From Octopus sinensis (lineage: Eukaryota): DNA of 64,000 nucleotides. A program made the translations under genes and the position numbers. This document shows, one piece after another, positions 26,806 to 40,846 of the stretch (within the stretch, counting starts at the first letter, position 1; each line of letters starts with the position of its first letter). Where the stretch lies: positions 27,218,001 through 27,282,000 of the forward strand of contig NC_042997.1 of NCBI RefSeq assembly GCF_006345805.1, written 5' to 3'. Below the pieces are notes generated by a model, which did no database searches, was not told the DNA's origin, and was given only the letters and a program-made list of their open reading frames with translations.

Positions 26806-26992
26806 AATTTCCCCAGCTGGACGGGACACCGGTCCGTCGCAGGATTACTCATTTTTGCCAGCTGAGTGGACTGGAGCAATGTGAAATGAAATGTTTTGCT
26901 CAAGAACACAACACATTGCCCGGTCCAGGAATCGAAACCACGACCATACGACCATGAGTGCGACACCCTAACCACTATGCCACGTGCCTCCA
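26806..26992 (-). mobile_element. tRNA-derived SINE family E (second copy 14449-14660, minus)
   Basis: tRNA-like head plus gagcaaaaca..ttgctccag..cagctggcaaaaatgagta..ctgcga.ggac.gg..tcccgtccagctggg. Confidence 0.8.
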
Positions 26993-28033
26993 CTGGTGAA
27001 ACTTCAACAGAACGAAAATAAACTCAATCGAATTTAGTAATTCACGGGAGACAAATCTGTATATTAAATTATGAGTTGTTTCCCTTATAAATATATTTTT
27101 GCTGTAATGCATAATTACAAGACGAGGCGGCAGATTAAATATCACATCGGACAAAATGCTTAGTAGCATTTATTCAGACTGTTTATGTTCTGAGTTCAAA
27201 TCCAGATGAGGTCAACTTTGCGCTTCTTCCCTTCCAGATAGATGAAATAAAATAAAATAAAAACATTCACGTCCTGGGGTCGATATAATCAATATGCCCC
27301 TCCACTCGTGCCCTCCTTGCTGGCCAACCAATGTCATTTGAGGGGAGATGTTGTGATCTCGGTCGCCTATGCGCCATAAAAAGTGGCTAACCGGCCTTAC
27401 CAGTCCTAAGGCCCGAGAAAGAATATTTACTATCTGAATCTATATTCGTATTTATGAGTACACGTGCTTGCGTCTGTATGATTTTGTACGTGTGTATTTG
27501 TTTATGTGTGTAAGGATGTGAGCGAGTGTGTAACTATGTATATGTTTCTGTGTGTGTGCGTGTTAGGTTGAGAAAGGTGAAAGTAAAGGAAGCATTAATT
27601 CAATCTAATACAAGACCCTGGTTGTCAAGAGAATATCGTCGAGAAAGGACACTGTAATGAAATCCCCTGTCGACCAGTATGTTTGGCTGGGACGAAAGTG
27701 CAATATTTTAAAGGATACATGATCAATAAACTGACAACGCGGTGATAGCTTGTTGGAGTATGTGACATCTGACTTTCTACTCTCAGCTTTCATCGAAAAC
27801 GTAGTTTCGTGCCTCTAATAATAAATGCTACTTGATGTTTGCAAACGGCTAAGCGCACTACCTCCATTCTAGTGTAAAGAACCGCGAGCTACGAATTATT
27901 TGCATACTATCGGCGCTGATTAACCCGAAAGTGTTTTCTCGTCTCCTGTTGTCCTCGGCTAATTGAAAGTTTTGAAAAGCAGTTTTAAGCGCCATCATTT
28001 CTCTTTCAGTTACAAAGCAGAATTTAAAAAAAG

Positions 28034-28250
<217 letters not shown>

Positions 28251-28863
28251 ATCTAAACATAATAAAATAGGGTAATAATAAATTATTATTTCCAGTGGCC
28301 TAGCATAAAAAACGAATTAGTCATTAGACTGTATATTATTCATATAGAAATACAGTAAGAGACTTCCAAATAGGAAAGCGTTGTGCTAGAACACAAAAAA
28401 AGGGATAAATTCACGAAAGGAATGAAAATTAAAAACATTTACCATCTCAACTATATCCCAGACCGACGGTTTCAAACTATTTCCAGCAAAAAAATATTCG
28501 CTGGAGGCAAGTTTCGTCAGTGGGACAGCCTTGCTCATCCTGGCGCACAGACTGTTAGATCCACATGTAGATCTAACGGTTTGTAAATCCTAACTATTCA
28601 AACCTCTGCGCAAACGCAGATAATACCCGGCGACAGAGAAGATGCCGGTAAAAATTTCGAACAAATTTATCAAACAATATTTAAACATAATAAAATAGGG
28701 TAATAATAAATTAATATCCATCTATTTATTTTTCTATACACACACACACACACATATATATACACACACACATATCTGTATGTATGTATGTATGTATGTA
28801 TGTATGTATGTATGTATGTATGTATGTATGTATGTATGTGTGTATGTATATATGTATGCGTGT

Positions 28864-28902
<39 letters not shown>

Positions 28903-29483
28903 ACTCATGCATATTCTTCTCTGTGTACGTCAACGAAATCCGGATGCTCGCCTCCTCCCGGGAAGAAGCGATTGCCATGCATAAAAAAATTCAACAACAT
29001 CTACGGTCACATAAAATTAGATATCGAGCGCCCAGATCAGTCCAAAACCCTTTCTCTGTTAGATTTCCAAAATCAAGATCACAGAGGAAGGTTACATCTA
29101 TACGAATTTTCATAGAAAAGCAGCCAGTAGGAATTTGTTCTTACATTAAGAATCAGCCCTGCCCATTAAAACCCAAAGCTGCATACATACGGAATGAGTT
29201 TACACGTATACCAGACAGATACAGTGAGGTAAACGACAAAGTTACAAGCACGAAGCAGTTCCTCAGAAACTTAGCGCACAACGGCTACCCACCATCTGCA
29301 GCTAAACGACTGCATCCACGAAACACGAAAGCGAGTAAACAGCATAAGAAAGCCCATAACATCAGGTCGAAAAATGCTTCCTTAGACTGCCCTACTTCGA
29401 CGACAGAACAGTGGCAGTTATCCAACATGACATCCTAAGAGAAAGTCTTAACATATAGTTGGTACACACCGGTCCATCCCTGA

Positions 29484-29724
29484 TGAAAGTTCTTATTTTT
29501 TATTGCCCACAAGGGGCTAAACTCAGAGAAGACAAACAAGGACATACAAACGGATTAAGTTGATTACATCGACCCCAGTGCGTAACTGGTACTTAATTTA
29601 TCGACCCCGAAAGGCTAAAAGGCAAAGTCGACCTCGGCGGAATTTGAACTCAGAACGTAACGGCAAACGAAATACCACTAAGCATTTCGCCCGGCGTCCT
29701 AACGTTTCTGCCAGCTCGCCGCCC
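29484..29724 (-). mobile_element. SINE family B copy nested in a PLE remnant
   Basis: Collinear with 61467-61672. Confidence 0.88.
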
Positions 29725-29994
29725 TGGTAAAAGTCATGTTAAGGAAGAATACCACATAGAGCGCCATGAGGTCCACACTCACCAACTGCCCCATCAACGA
29801 CGCCAAGACATGCTCAAGGTCCTATGTAGTATAGGAGGTAGTCTACAATAAATGTGGAGCACTACTAGGAAACTACACATCCTAACAAAGGAGCGTATGC
29901 AGACAGACACTTCGATAATGAAACACCTTAGGAAGTGCCAAACCCAGAATTTCAAAGTTTCTATCAAGGCAATCCAACGCAACAGGGACAATAA

Positions 29995-30388
29995 AAAAAA
30001 TAATAATGAAATTATTGTATACAGTGCTCAGGGGCACCACAACATGTCAAAAGTGCGTATAAAGCATAAGCAGTAATATACAAATGTCTGGGAAGTGAAC
30101 CGTGTATGAGTCAGATACATGCTTGCGTGTGTATGGAGGGGAGATAATCAGGTGTAGTGTTGGTGAATCTCAGGAAGCATGGAAGTTTTGAAGGATTCAG
30201 TGCTCCGACAAGTAACAACCGATGCCGGCAGTTTGTTCCATACTTCAGCAACTCTTAGCGGGAAAAATATTTCCGAAAGTCATGGGAGCTGTTTTCTGAC
30301 TTTGTAAACATGTCCAGGGGTGTTAGACAGGTGGATTTTGAAAAGGTGCTCAGAGTTATTGTTTGTAAGATGGTTAATAATTTTATGC
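29995..30388 (-). mobile_element. Second 5'-truncated copy of the same CR1 LINE, nested in a PLE remnant
   Basis: Collinear with 21725-22110. Confidence 0.88.
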
Positions 30389-30934
30389 AATCTCTATGGA
30401 AGCCCTCGTCATAAACAAACTGAGACCATCCATTAACAACGAGAAGGAATTACATGAAGAAGAGTGATTACTATATATTTCTTTACTACCCACAAGGGGC
30501 TAAAAATAGAGGGGACAAACAAAGACAGACAAAGGGATTAAGTCGATTACATCGACCCCAGTGCGAAACTGGTACTTTATTTATCGACCCCGAAAGGATG
30601 AAAAGCAAAGTCGACCTTGGCGGAATTTGAACTCAGAACGTAACGACAGACGAAATACGGCTACGCATTTCGCCCGGCGTGCTAACGTTTCTGCCAGTTA
30701 CTATAGCAACATCAGTCCACACATGTCAACTTCCTCCTTCCTCCCCTGTCCCTCCACCCACACCAACACATCTGAGCAACAGAAATGTAGAAACACAAGG
30801 AAAAACTGCAAATTTGTTATTTTTTTTCTTTTCCTTTTGTCATTTACATTGTACTTAATCGCAATTCATATCAGATGAACCGTAATTTCTACGACTTGCT
30901 GTATATATATATTGCATAACCACTAATGGAATGG

Positions 30935-31316
30935 AAGCACTCCGTCGGTTACGACGACGAGGGTTCCGGTTGATCCGAATCAACGGAACAGCTTGCTCGT
31001 GAAATTGACGTGTAAGTGGCTGAGCACTCCACAGACACGTGTACCCTTAACGTAGTTCTCGGGGATATTCAGTGTGACACAGAGAGTGACAAGGCCGGCC
31101 CTTTGAAATTCAGGTACAACAGAAACAGGAAGTAAGAGTGAGAGAAAGTTGTGGTTGAAGAGTACAGCAGGGATCACCACCATCCCCGGCCGGAGCCTCG
31201 TGGAGTTTTTAGGTGTTTTCGCTCAATAAACACTCACAACGCCCGGTCTGGGAATCGAAACCGCGATCCTATGACCGCGAGTCCGCTGCCCTATCCACTG
31301 GGTCATTGCGCCTCCA
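30935..31316 (-). mobile_element. SINE family C copy
   Basis: Reverse complement of 18863-19250. Confidence 0.9.
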
Positions 31317-31453
31317 TAATCACTACTACTACTAAATAAAGTAGTAACAACATTGCTACAATAGTTGTAGGCTGGATAGTGAGATTCTACGTAGAACTTT
31401 TAATTCATGAGTAGCAATAGTACATCTCACTGTATACACAGGAAATACATACA

Positions 31454-31537
<84 letters not shown>

Positions 31538-32235
31538 TGTGTGTGTATGTATGTTTGTATATGTATATATACATATATATGTATATATATATTACAAACA
31601 CACACACAAACACACATACTCACACACTCACACAAACACATACGCATGCACACGCATGGTCGTACAGATATATGCCAATCCTGTGTGTTCCAGTTAATGT
31701 CCGTAATGAAGTATTTCTTCCTTCCCCAAATCTCTCTGTTCGTTTTATCTTTGCTGTTGTTTTACCAAAAATATCAGCTTACATACGTCTTAAAATACAA
31801 AATATTTGGTAAAAATGGGACATTTGAACAGTTACATAAAACCTAAAGGGAAGTAATGAAATTTGAGTTATACCCCTTCGATAAGTGGCGATTCACCTGA
31901 AACCTCTATAAGTTAGATCGAAAATAAACAAGAAACAAATAAATAAATATAAAAAAATGAATACTATCAAATTATAGGCACTCATGCTATAATAATTACT
32001 TATTATATATTATTGTTTATTCATTTTTTGTACTTTTGTGATCTAGTTATATGTTTTATAACATATTTTATTTTTCTATATGATATGGTTTATGTCTATC
32101 ACTGTTTGAATTACATAATAGTAGTTTTTCTTTAATTATATATTGTATATTTATATTGTGAAATTTGATTTAATACTAAATTGAATTTTTCCCTGTAAGT
32201 TTGGAGTTATACTCCCTATTATTATTATTATTATT

Positions 32236-32789
32236 GAGTGAGAGAGCAGTTCATGCCATCAAAGTGACACTGGGGTAAAATATACGAAGCCCAATATACC
32301 CATCATGACTACCCGTCTGATAAAGGTACACCAGGCACATGCATCACAACCATATGTGCGCGACATGGTGATCTCATATCAAGATAAACAGCACATGACC
32401 TTGCAGGTGGGGCCCAGTTAGAATTTTCTTCAGGTTGAGTAGCCCATCCCGCTCAAACGGTCCCTGAATAAGGGTTGCTTAAGGATGTTGAAAGAACCAC
32501 CCATGTTTCCAGAGGTGAACTATTCAAACCCCAAAGAATCCCTCTCAACACATGGCTATGATGCTCCCTCACTACTTCTGCTCGTGATCAGAGATGCACA
32601 TATCGTCAGCCACTAAGGGACATGCTCAACTGGTTAAGGTCAAACAATTGACAAGCAAATCTGTGGTATTGAGCAGAATATTTGCTGTAGCCCATCTTTT
32701 ATACCAAGACAAAACAATGTACATGATAACACTTCCAATCAGTTAAGATCAGAAGCCATGAGAGCCACTGCCTGGTACTGCATCAGGGC

Positions 32790-32791
<2 letters not shown>
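32236..32791 (+). repeat. Unclassified ~550-bp GC-richer insert bounded by (ATT)n tracts
   Basis: Sharp compositional boundaries with (ATT)n on both sides. There is no second copy in the window. Confidence 0.4.
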
Positions 32792-32854
<63 letters not shown>

Positions 32855-32855
<1 letters not shown>

Positions 32856-33260
32856 TCCATCAGCACTGTCCGAATGATGTTGGCATCACCTTCAAAATAC
32901 ATCCAAGGCTTGGACTACGTGCCATCCGTCCAAAACAAAAATCTAAATCGCATCACATAACGACAATACGGCACAACTATTTCACCTCAATTGGACCCGC
33001 TCTCTTCAACATTACACCAGGACACGTCAAAAAAGAAACTGACCACACAAAATTCAAGAAGTCTTTGGACAAATTCCTTCAAACAGTTCCGGACAAACCA
33101 CCCACACCCGGATATGTCTCCGCAAACAATAACTCTCTGCCCGAATGGGCCTTGGTGCCCAAATCCTGAATTGAAACACTTCGCCAGGTGGTGCTATTAA
33201 GTTAGACATGGCCTGGGCCAATACTGACCAAAAACTTTCTAAGTTATTCTAAGTTCTAAG

Positions 33261-33262
<2 letters not shown>
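32855..33262 (+). mobile_element. L2/CR1-group (Crack-like) LINE 3' fragment
   Basis: ..SIGPALFNI..FKKSLDKFLQTVPDKPPTPGYVSANNNSL; tail of (ctaagtt)n. Confidence 0.6.
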
Positions 33263-33298
<36 letters not shown>

Positions 33299-33911
33299 AA
33301 CTAAAATCATTGAACAAGCAAATACAAAGTCAACCGCATGTCATTTCATAATTCGAACATTTAATTATAGAATAAACATATAACCCGCAAGATGGAACAA
33401 AATTCATATGTACAGCACGTAATAATAATAATATGGTGTGGTGCGAGAAAAATTCTTATCATTAAAAATTTAGAATTAATATTTTAGCGATTCAAAGAGA
33501 ATACATTTATAAAAGACGTAGAAAGTAAAATATAATCTAAGTAATATATAAAAAAATATATAGGTATATAAAAATATAGGCATATAAAAATATATAAAAC
33601 ATATATAAATATATATACATATAGGAGCATATAAAAAATATAATATATATATGTGTATATATCGTGTAAATAAAGTAAAATAATGTTCATCGTTTAGAAA
33701 TCTTAATCAGGTAAAATAAGCCTTATATATAAGAAGGTAATGTTTACTTATCCCTATGGCCATTTCAGGGGTGTATTATGTTTAAAGCACTAGGGTGCAT
33801 TCAGATAATACCTCCTTCGTCAGGGGAAAAAAAAATATATATATAAACGCAAAGATAGCCATCACGCACCAGGCCCGTACGGTGTTGTTTGCTTTCCCAC
33901 TTTGGTATTCA

Positions 33912-33956
<45 letters not shown>

Positions 33957-34770
33957 TATGGAGAGAACACGTACAAATGCAATTTCAACTGCTTGATAGA
34001 AGGAGACGCTAAAGTCTGAAAAACTATCAAATATATCACCATAAAAATAACACGTGCCGTACTCGGACAAATAAACGAAACAGATTCATAAAACGGTTCA
34101 ATTACATATCGATTGATTTCAAAATTAAGGGACAATAACTATTTATAAATAAATTAATTTTACCTTAACCGGTTGCATGCTATATACCTGATAAAATCAA
34201 TTTTATATTAAATATATATATATATATACCCCTTTTAAAAATAAAATATGTTATAAAACATATAACTAGATCACAAAAGTACAAAAAATGAATAAACAAT
34301 AATATATAATAAGTAATTATTATAGCATGAGTGCCTATAATTTGATAGTATTCATTTTTTTATATTTATTTATTTGTTTCTTGTTTATTTTCGATCTAAC
34401 TTATAGAGGTTTCAGGTGAATCGCCACTTATCGAAGGGGTATAACTCAAATTTCATTACTTCCCTTTAGGTTTTATGTAACTGTTCAAATGTCCCATTTT
34501 TACCAAATATTTTGTATTTTAAGACGTATGTAAGCTGATATTTTTGGTAAAACAACAGCAAAGATAAAACGAACAGAGATTTGGGGAAGGAAGAAATACT
34601 TCATTACGGACATTAACTGGAACACACAGGATTGGCATATATCTGTACGACCATGCGTGTGCATGCGTATGTGTTTGTGTGAGTGTGTGAGTATGTGTGT
34701 TTGTGTGTGTGTTTGTAATATATATACATATATATGTATATATACATATACAAACATACATACACACACA

Positions 34771-34852
<82 letters not shown>

Positions 34853-35223
34853 TGTATGTATTTCCTGTGTATACAGTGAGATGTACTATTGCTACTCATG
34901 AATTAAAAGTTCTACGTAGAATCTCACTATCCAGCCTACAACTATTGTAGCAATGTTGTTACTACTATTTAGTAGTAGTAGTGATTATGGAGGCGCAATG
35001 ACCCAGTGGATAGGGCAGCGGACTCGCGGTCATGGATCGCGGTTTCGATTCCCAGACCGGGCGTTGTGAGTGTTTATTGAGCGAAAACACCTAAAAACTC
35101 CACGAGGCTCCGGCCGGGGATGGTGGTGATCCGAAATTGCAAAGATAATCTGAACTCGACTGAGGAAAGAAAACCCTGAATGACCCGTCCTTGTTTTCTT
35201 TGTATCGTCTGTCTGGATGTCCC

Positions 35224-35279
<56 letters not shown>

Positions 35280-35280
<1 letters not shown>

Positions 35281-36429
35281 GACGCATTTCTCCCATCGTT
35301 TGATGCAGCTCTGCAGACCGTTTTTGTAGAAGATCCCAGCTTGGTCCTTCAACCACGACGTGACTTCAGAAATCAAGGCTGCTTCATCTGGGAAACGCTT
35401 TCCTTTTAAAAACAACTTCATGATTGGGAAGAGGTGAAACTCAGAGGGTGCAAGGTCAGGATAGTAGAGGGGATGGGGGAGGAGTTCATAGCCACACGCC
35501 TGTGCTTCTGATCTGGCGACACACGATTTGTGGACCGGAGCGTTGTCCTGCAGGAGGAGGATGCCTTTGCTGATCTTGCCCCGCCTCTTGATTTTGATAG
35601 CTTCTCTTAATTTCCTCAAAAGTGAAGCATAATAGGCTCCTGTAATTGTGGTACCCTTTGCCAGGAAATCTGTCATCACTACTCCGTCCTGGTCCCAGAA
35701 GACTGTGAACATGACCTTGCCAGCGGAGGGCTGCACCCTTGCCTTCTTTGGAGGAGGTGAGTCACGGTGCTTCCACTGCATTGACTGGGCTTTGGTCTCT
35801 GGATCATAGTGATGGACCCAGGTTTCATCCTGTGTAATCAGTCTTGGCACATCTCCAAATTCATCCTCGAGCACTCGACACGTTCTTGCTTTTGGAAAGG
35901 TGTGAGCAACCTGGGAATCCATCTGGCAGACACCTTTTGCATATGCAAATGGTCATGAACGATAGTTTCCACAGACCCGGTACTAATCTTGACCTCGTGG
36001 GCGATTTGGCGAATACTTATGCGTCGATCTTCCAAAATGGCAGCCTCAACTTGACGGACAGATGCCTCATCAATGGCAGAAGGGGGGCGACCAGATCTGG
36101 GAGCTGTTTCCACAGAGTTCCGACCATGTTTGAATTCACGATGCCAGCGTTTACATGGTCATATTATGGGGCATCATCACCATAAGTTACTTTCATTTCA
36201 TCAAAAGTCTCCCGTGGTGTGCGTCCTTTCAAATACAAAAACCAGATCACTGCTCGACACTCAACAGGCTCCATTTCACACTTGACTCAGTTCAAACACC
36301 TGTTAATCAGAAACCACAATTAGTTCAGAGCTGTAATCTTTAGAGATATAAATAATTGCACATGCAAAATTTCAGCTACATCAACCAACTGCAAGTGGGT
36401 CAGAGGCATTACTTATTGAACGTCCCTCG
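35280..36429 (-). mobile_element. Mariner (Tc1/mariner) transposon, decayed, 3' end missing
   Basis: 5' TIR TA|CGAGGGACGTTCAATAAGTAATGCC at 36429. ATG ~36274. GRP, WIPRLLT, TQDETW, LQDNAP, YPDLAPSEFHLF, IKRWEKCV, then (TA)n. Frameshifts and a stop are present. Confidence 0.92.
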
Positions 36430-36469
36430 TATATATATATATATATATATATTTGTATGTATGTATGTA

Positions 36470-36553
<84 letters not shown>

Positions 36554-37980
36554 CTTTTACTGTTTTACTATTTTTCTTGTTTCAGTCATTTCACTGTGGC
36601 CATGCTGGAGTACTGCCTTTAGATGAGCAAACTGACCCCAGGACTTATTCTTTGTAAGCCTAGTACTTATTCTATCGGTCCCTTTTGCCGAAGCGCTAAG
36701 TTATGGGGACGTAAACACACCAGCATCGGTTGTCAAGCGATATTGGGGGGGGGGGGTAAAAGTAGACAAATAAACATATACTCACACATATATATATATA
36801 CATATGCATACGACGGGCTTCTTTCAGTTTCCGTCTACCAAATCAACTCACAAGGCTTTGGTCGGCCCGAGGCTATAATAGAAGACACTTGCCCAAGGTG
36901 CCACGCAGTGGGACTGAACTCGGAACCATGTAGTTTACGCACTCACTCCTGCGCCTCATTGTTTACTAATCTTTTTAACTCTTGACAAAGCTTTGAAAGA
37001 GATTCCATGTAAAATTTATTTATTTACATTGTTTTGAATTTATCCTCATGATTGTGTAGCCTTGAGATTACGAGGCTGTATATTTTTGAGACTAACATTG
37101 TAGGTTAGGTGGAAGAGGTTCGATCTAACCAGTTTGAGCATAAAAAAGGGAAACTATTTTGGCTGGATATGGCTGGTTTAAATGCTAAAGGGTTAAATAC
37201 ATCATAAAACTCTTTGAATGGTTTACAACTGCTAAAATCCATCAGATTTTACAAAGAGAATTTCATCTTCAAAATCTAATTTAGACTAGATCCCCTACAA
37301 TTCTCTATCAAGCGGTCATTTTTCCTATAGCATTGCCATACTGCACCAGACACTGGGATTTTATTAAACTAGGGAATATGTTGCATTGGACTATAAGTTT
37401 CCTGCAGAGTTCCTTGCAACCACTCATAGAATCTTAGGGTTCCAGAGAACCCCAGTTGGGAAACTATATGTTCTTCAGTTAACTTAGTGGTTGCGAATTG
37501 CATCATCGGGTTATCATATCTTGCGGAAGGCTTCTTTTATCTGCTTTCTGTTGTAGAAATAAGCAGCACTGACCTTCAAATCTTCTAAGAGCATAAGAAA
37601 TATTTACAGTACATTGCAGTGCAATTACTAGTGGTGCAGTGTTGATGATAGATATTAGTAAAAGGCGCTTTGACTGTTCTTAAACCATCTCATATGTATG
37701 ACATATATATAGGCGCAGGAGTGACTGTGTGGTACGTAGCTTGCTTACCAAGTAGCCTGCTTACTTCCCATGAGTCTTTGTTGTCAGTGTACGCATGTGT
37801 CATTGTTGGTGCTCTGAAGTAGATAGCTGGCGGTGTTTAGCCAGTGAAAAAATTGCTGCTTCAAGGTAAGACTTTTGTCTCTTGGGTCCAGTGGGGTTTG
37901 TTGTCTGTGGTTATATTTTTACAAACAAGGAGTCCTCACTGGATTCAGGACTTTAATTTGCTTGCTGTTCAGCAATATTG

Positions 37981-38242
37981 TTCACATTAAGTGATTTTTT
38001 TTTCACATTCTGAGAAGTGCAGTTTGGGGGCGTAACCTTCCACCAAAGGTTGCTCACTTTTTTGATAGTGTATGTTTTTACAACATTTACCATTTATTGG
38101 AAAGCTGTATTTCAAGTGTTCACATTAAGTGAAATTTTTTTTCTCATTGTTAGAAGTATAGTTTGGGGGCGTATCCGGCCACCAAAAGTTCTTCGCTGTT
38201 TCTACAACGTTTACCAATAATTGGAAAGTTGTATTTCAAGTG
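37981..38242 (+). repeat. Diverged ~130-bp tandem duplication
   Basis: ttcacattaagtga..gtttgggggcgta..ccaccaaa..ttggaaag.tgtatttcaagtg occurs twice. Confidence 0.8.
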
Positions 38243-38479
38243 GAGCAGTCCAGGTTCTAATCGGAGTACCATAGGGCTTGGGGTACCTGAATGCCCTGAA
38301 GATTTTTTGGCTGTGTTTTGTTGAACTGATGTTTTCTTCTATTGTGACTTTCTTATTGAACTGTTTTCTCTTCGTCCCTTTTGTTTCCTTTTGATTTCCC
38401 TCTGGTCTTCTTGAAATTTGTGAACTATTGTTTTGAACTTTTTACTTTTTAATTCAAAACAAGGCAAAAAATAAGGATA

Positions 38480-39430
38480 AGATCGTAGAGTGGGAGATTG
38501 TCCCACCTAAGCAGTGACTCAGACAGAAAGAGGAGAGGACGGTGGTGTTGAGAACGTATTCGAAGGTTCTCAACACAATTGCCGTCTTCTCCAAGTAGCT
38601 GATTGAGCAGGAGTTGGCGGAACATCTGCCAACCATTACGTATATCTCTAAGGGTGTCAAATATACAACGGTGTGGTTGCTGTTTGACACCCCAGAGCCA
38701 GCCCTTTGCGAGTAAAGAAATTTTGCTTCTTCCTACTTATTGTGGGAAAAAATTGACGAGGTTCTGTGGTTTGCCACCCGGAATTGAACCCGATTGGTTA
38801 GAGGATACTATCCGTCGGGGCTTGGGTGGCAGCGGAGCCAGGCTCCTCGATGTAAAAATTCTTCCTGCGGCTGATTTGGTTAGTTCAAAAGTAGTTTTGA
38901 CTCTGTGGACCCAATCAGCCATGAATCTGGTTATGCCAGATTTTTTTTAATGGCCGGGTGCAGGTACCCGGTGATTCCAGGAGGGTCCCCCCCTCCACAG
39001 GTGTCATCGGTGCCTGGAGCCTGGCCATATGAAGAAAAACTGTCCTCAGGAACAAAGCAAAGTCCTGGAGCAATAGATTGAGACCTCTGTAGAACGAACG
39101 AAGGTAGCCGAGGAGGCGGAGGACTCCTCAAAGAAGGATCGCAAGAGGAAGAAGGTGAGCAACAATGGGTGCTCACCGAAGGATCCTAAGGATGAGGGTG
39201 GGGAGGCGAATCTCCCGGTCTAGGAACTATTGGTCTTCTACAGAGGCAGAGAGGTAGAAGAGGTGGTGGAAAAGCACCGCAAGGGAGTACCTTTGACCTT
39301 CACACAGGATCCCAAATGGCCTCCGCAGATAGCTGTGGAGATCATAAAGTTGCCCATGACGTATACGCTGCAGGGACTCAATGAGGAATATCGCTTGTGG
39401 CCGGGCGACGCCGGTTCGGATCCCGCCTTG
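38480..39430 (+). pseudogene. Decayed ORF resembling L1/Tx1-type ORF1
   Basis: Long, mostly open reading with stops and frameshifts: RTVVLRTYS..LLPTYCGKKLTRFCGLPPGIEPDWL..KKDRKRKK... Family assignment is recollection only. Confidence 0.4.
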
Positions 39431-40684
39431 GTCTTGAATGAGCAAATTGGCCCCAGAACTTATTCTTTGTGAGCCTAGAATTTATTCTATCGGTCGCTTT
39501 TGTCGAACCGCTAAGTTACAGGGACGTAAACACACCAGCATCGGTTGTATATATATATACAGCCTTCTGTAGTTTTTTTACTTTTTACTATTTTCTATAT
39601 ATATATATATTATATATATATTATATATATATATATATATTATATATATATATACGACAGACTTCTTTCAGTTTGCGTCTACCAAATTCACTCACAAGGT
39701 GCCACGCAGTGGGACTGAACCAGGAACTATGTGGTTGGTAAGCAAGCTACTTACCACACACCACTCCTACGCCTTTTATTTAGCTTTTACTTATTTATTT
39801 ATTTATTTAGCACTAGAACACATCCGATTATCTTATCTTTGTTCACATAACTCCCGGAAATAGGCTCTAGACTTTCCGCGAATCCATTTCTGAATTCTTA
39901 ATTACTATCCGGCACCTTATCTCTCATCTATTTGGCACCATAGAAGCAGACCAAAATACATAACTTCAAAAGTCACTTTAGATTACACACGCACGCACGC
40001 ACACACACACACACAAACACATACATACATACATACATACATGCATACATACATACATACATACATACAGACATACATACATACATACATACAAATAATC
40101 ACACTTGCATACATGCATTAAGACGTTAAGACGTGCAAAAAACCCCCAATCCATTGTAAATACAACTGATATTGTGCTATTGGGCAGGAAGCAAAAATCG
40201 TGAATTGCCGTAGAGATCGGTTGCCCATCGGTTGTGAATGTCATCAGAAATTGAGGAAAAGAAGAACATTTATGGAGAAGTAATCAAAAACTTAAAGCTC
40301 TTACATATCTACCTTCGCTTATCACGTTTCTTTCGTTCCACCCTCTGAAACAAATAGATAAAAAAAGAAGCTATGTCAAATGAATTATTGATTAATGAAT
40401 AATAGAATAAATAGGGGAAAATAAGTTTCGTTTTGTGTCTCTAAATTGTCCTGAGCATTGTGGATGGTCACTGAAGTGCGCCTTTCCCAACAAAATATTT
40501 TACTGATCGCTGACTCGTGTTATCACAGATCATGTAATAAGTGTAAAACGTAACATACATACATACATACATACAAACACAAATACCCTGTTGTTGATGT
40601 TGAAATTCCAAGGAAGGAACTTGGAATCTAGGTTAGAAATCGGTTCTTTTCTATTGGCAAGAAATCTTGAAATAAACTAAATAA

Positions 40685-40846
40685 TGAAATACATACATAC
40701 ATACATACATACATACATACATACATACATACATACATGCATACATACATACATACATACATATATACATACATGCATGCATGCATACATACATACATAC
40801 ATACATACATACATACATACATACATACATACATACATACATACAC
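40685..40846. repeat. (CATA)n microsatellite at the RTE 3' end
   Basis: Direct reading. Confidence 0.98.

Larger units (their letters stand above)
28915..30475 (+). mobile_element. Decayed PLE (RT C-terminal half + GIY-YIG) interrupted by a SINE and a CR1 fragment
   Basis: YVNEIRML (degenerate YVDD) at 28926; SLLDF; LAHNGYPP; CPINDAKTCSRSYVV..STTRKLHI..KHLRKC at ~29790-29940; EALVINKLRPSIN after 30390. Confidence 0.75.
31171..35132. repeat. ~0.9-kb inverted duplication (31171-32075 / 34237-35132), spacer ~2.16 kb
   Basis: Direct reading: the arms are reverse complements that differ mainly by small indels. Confidence 0.95.
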
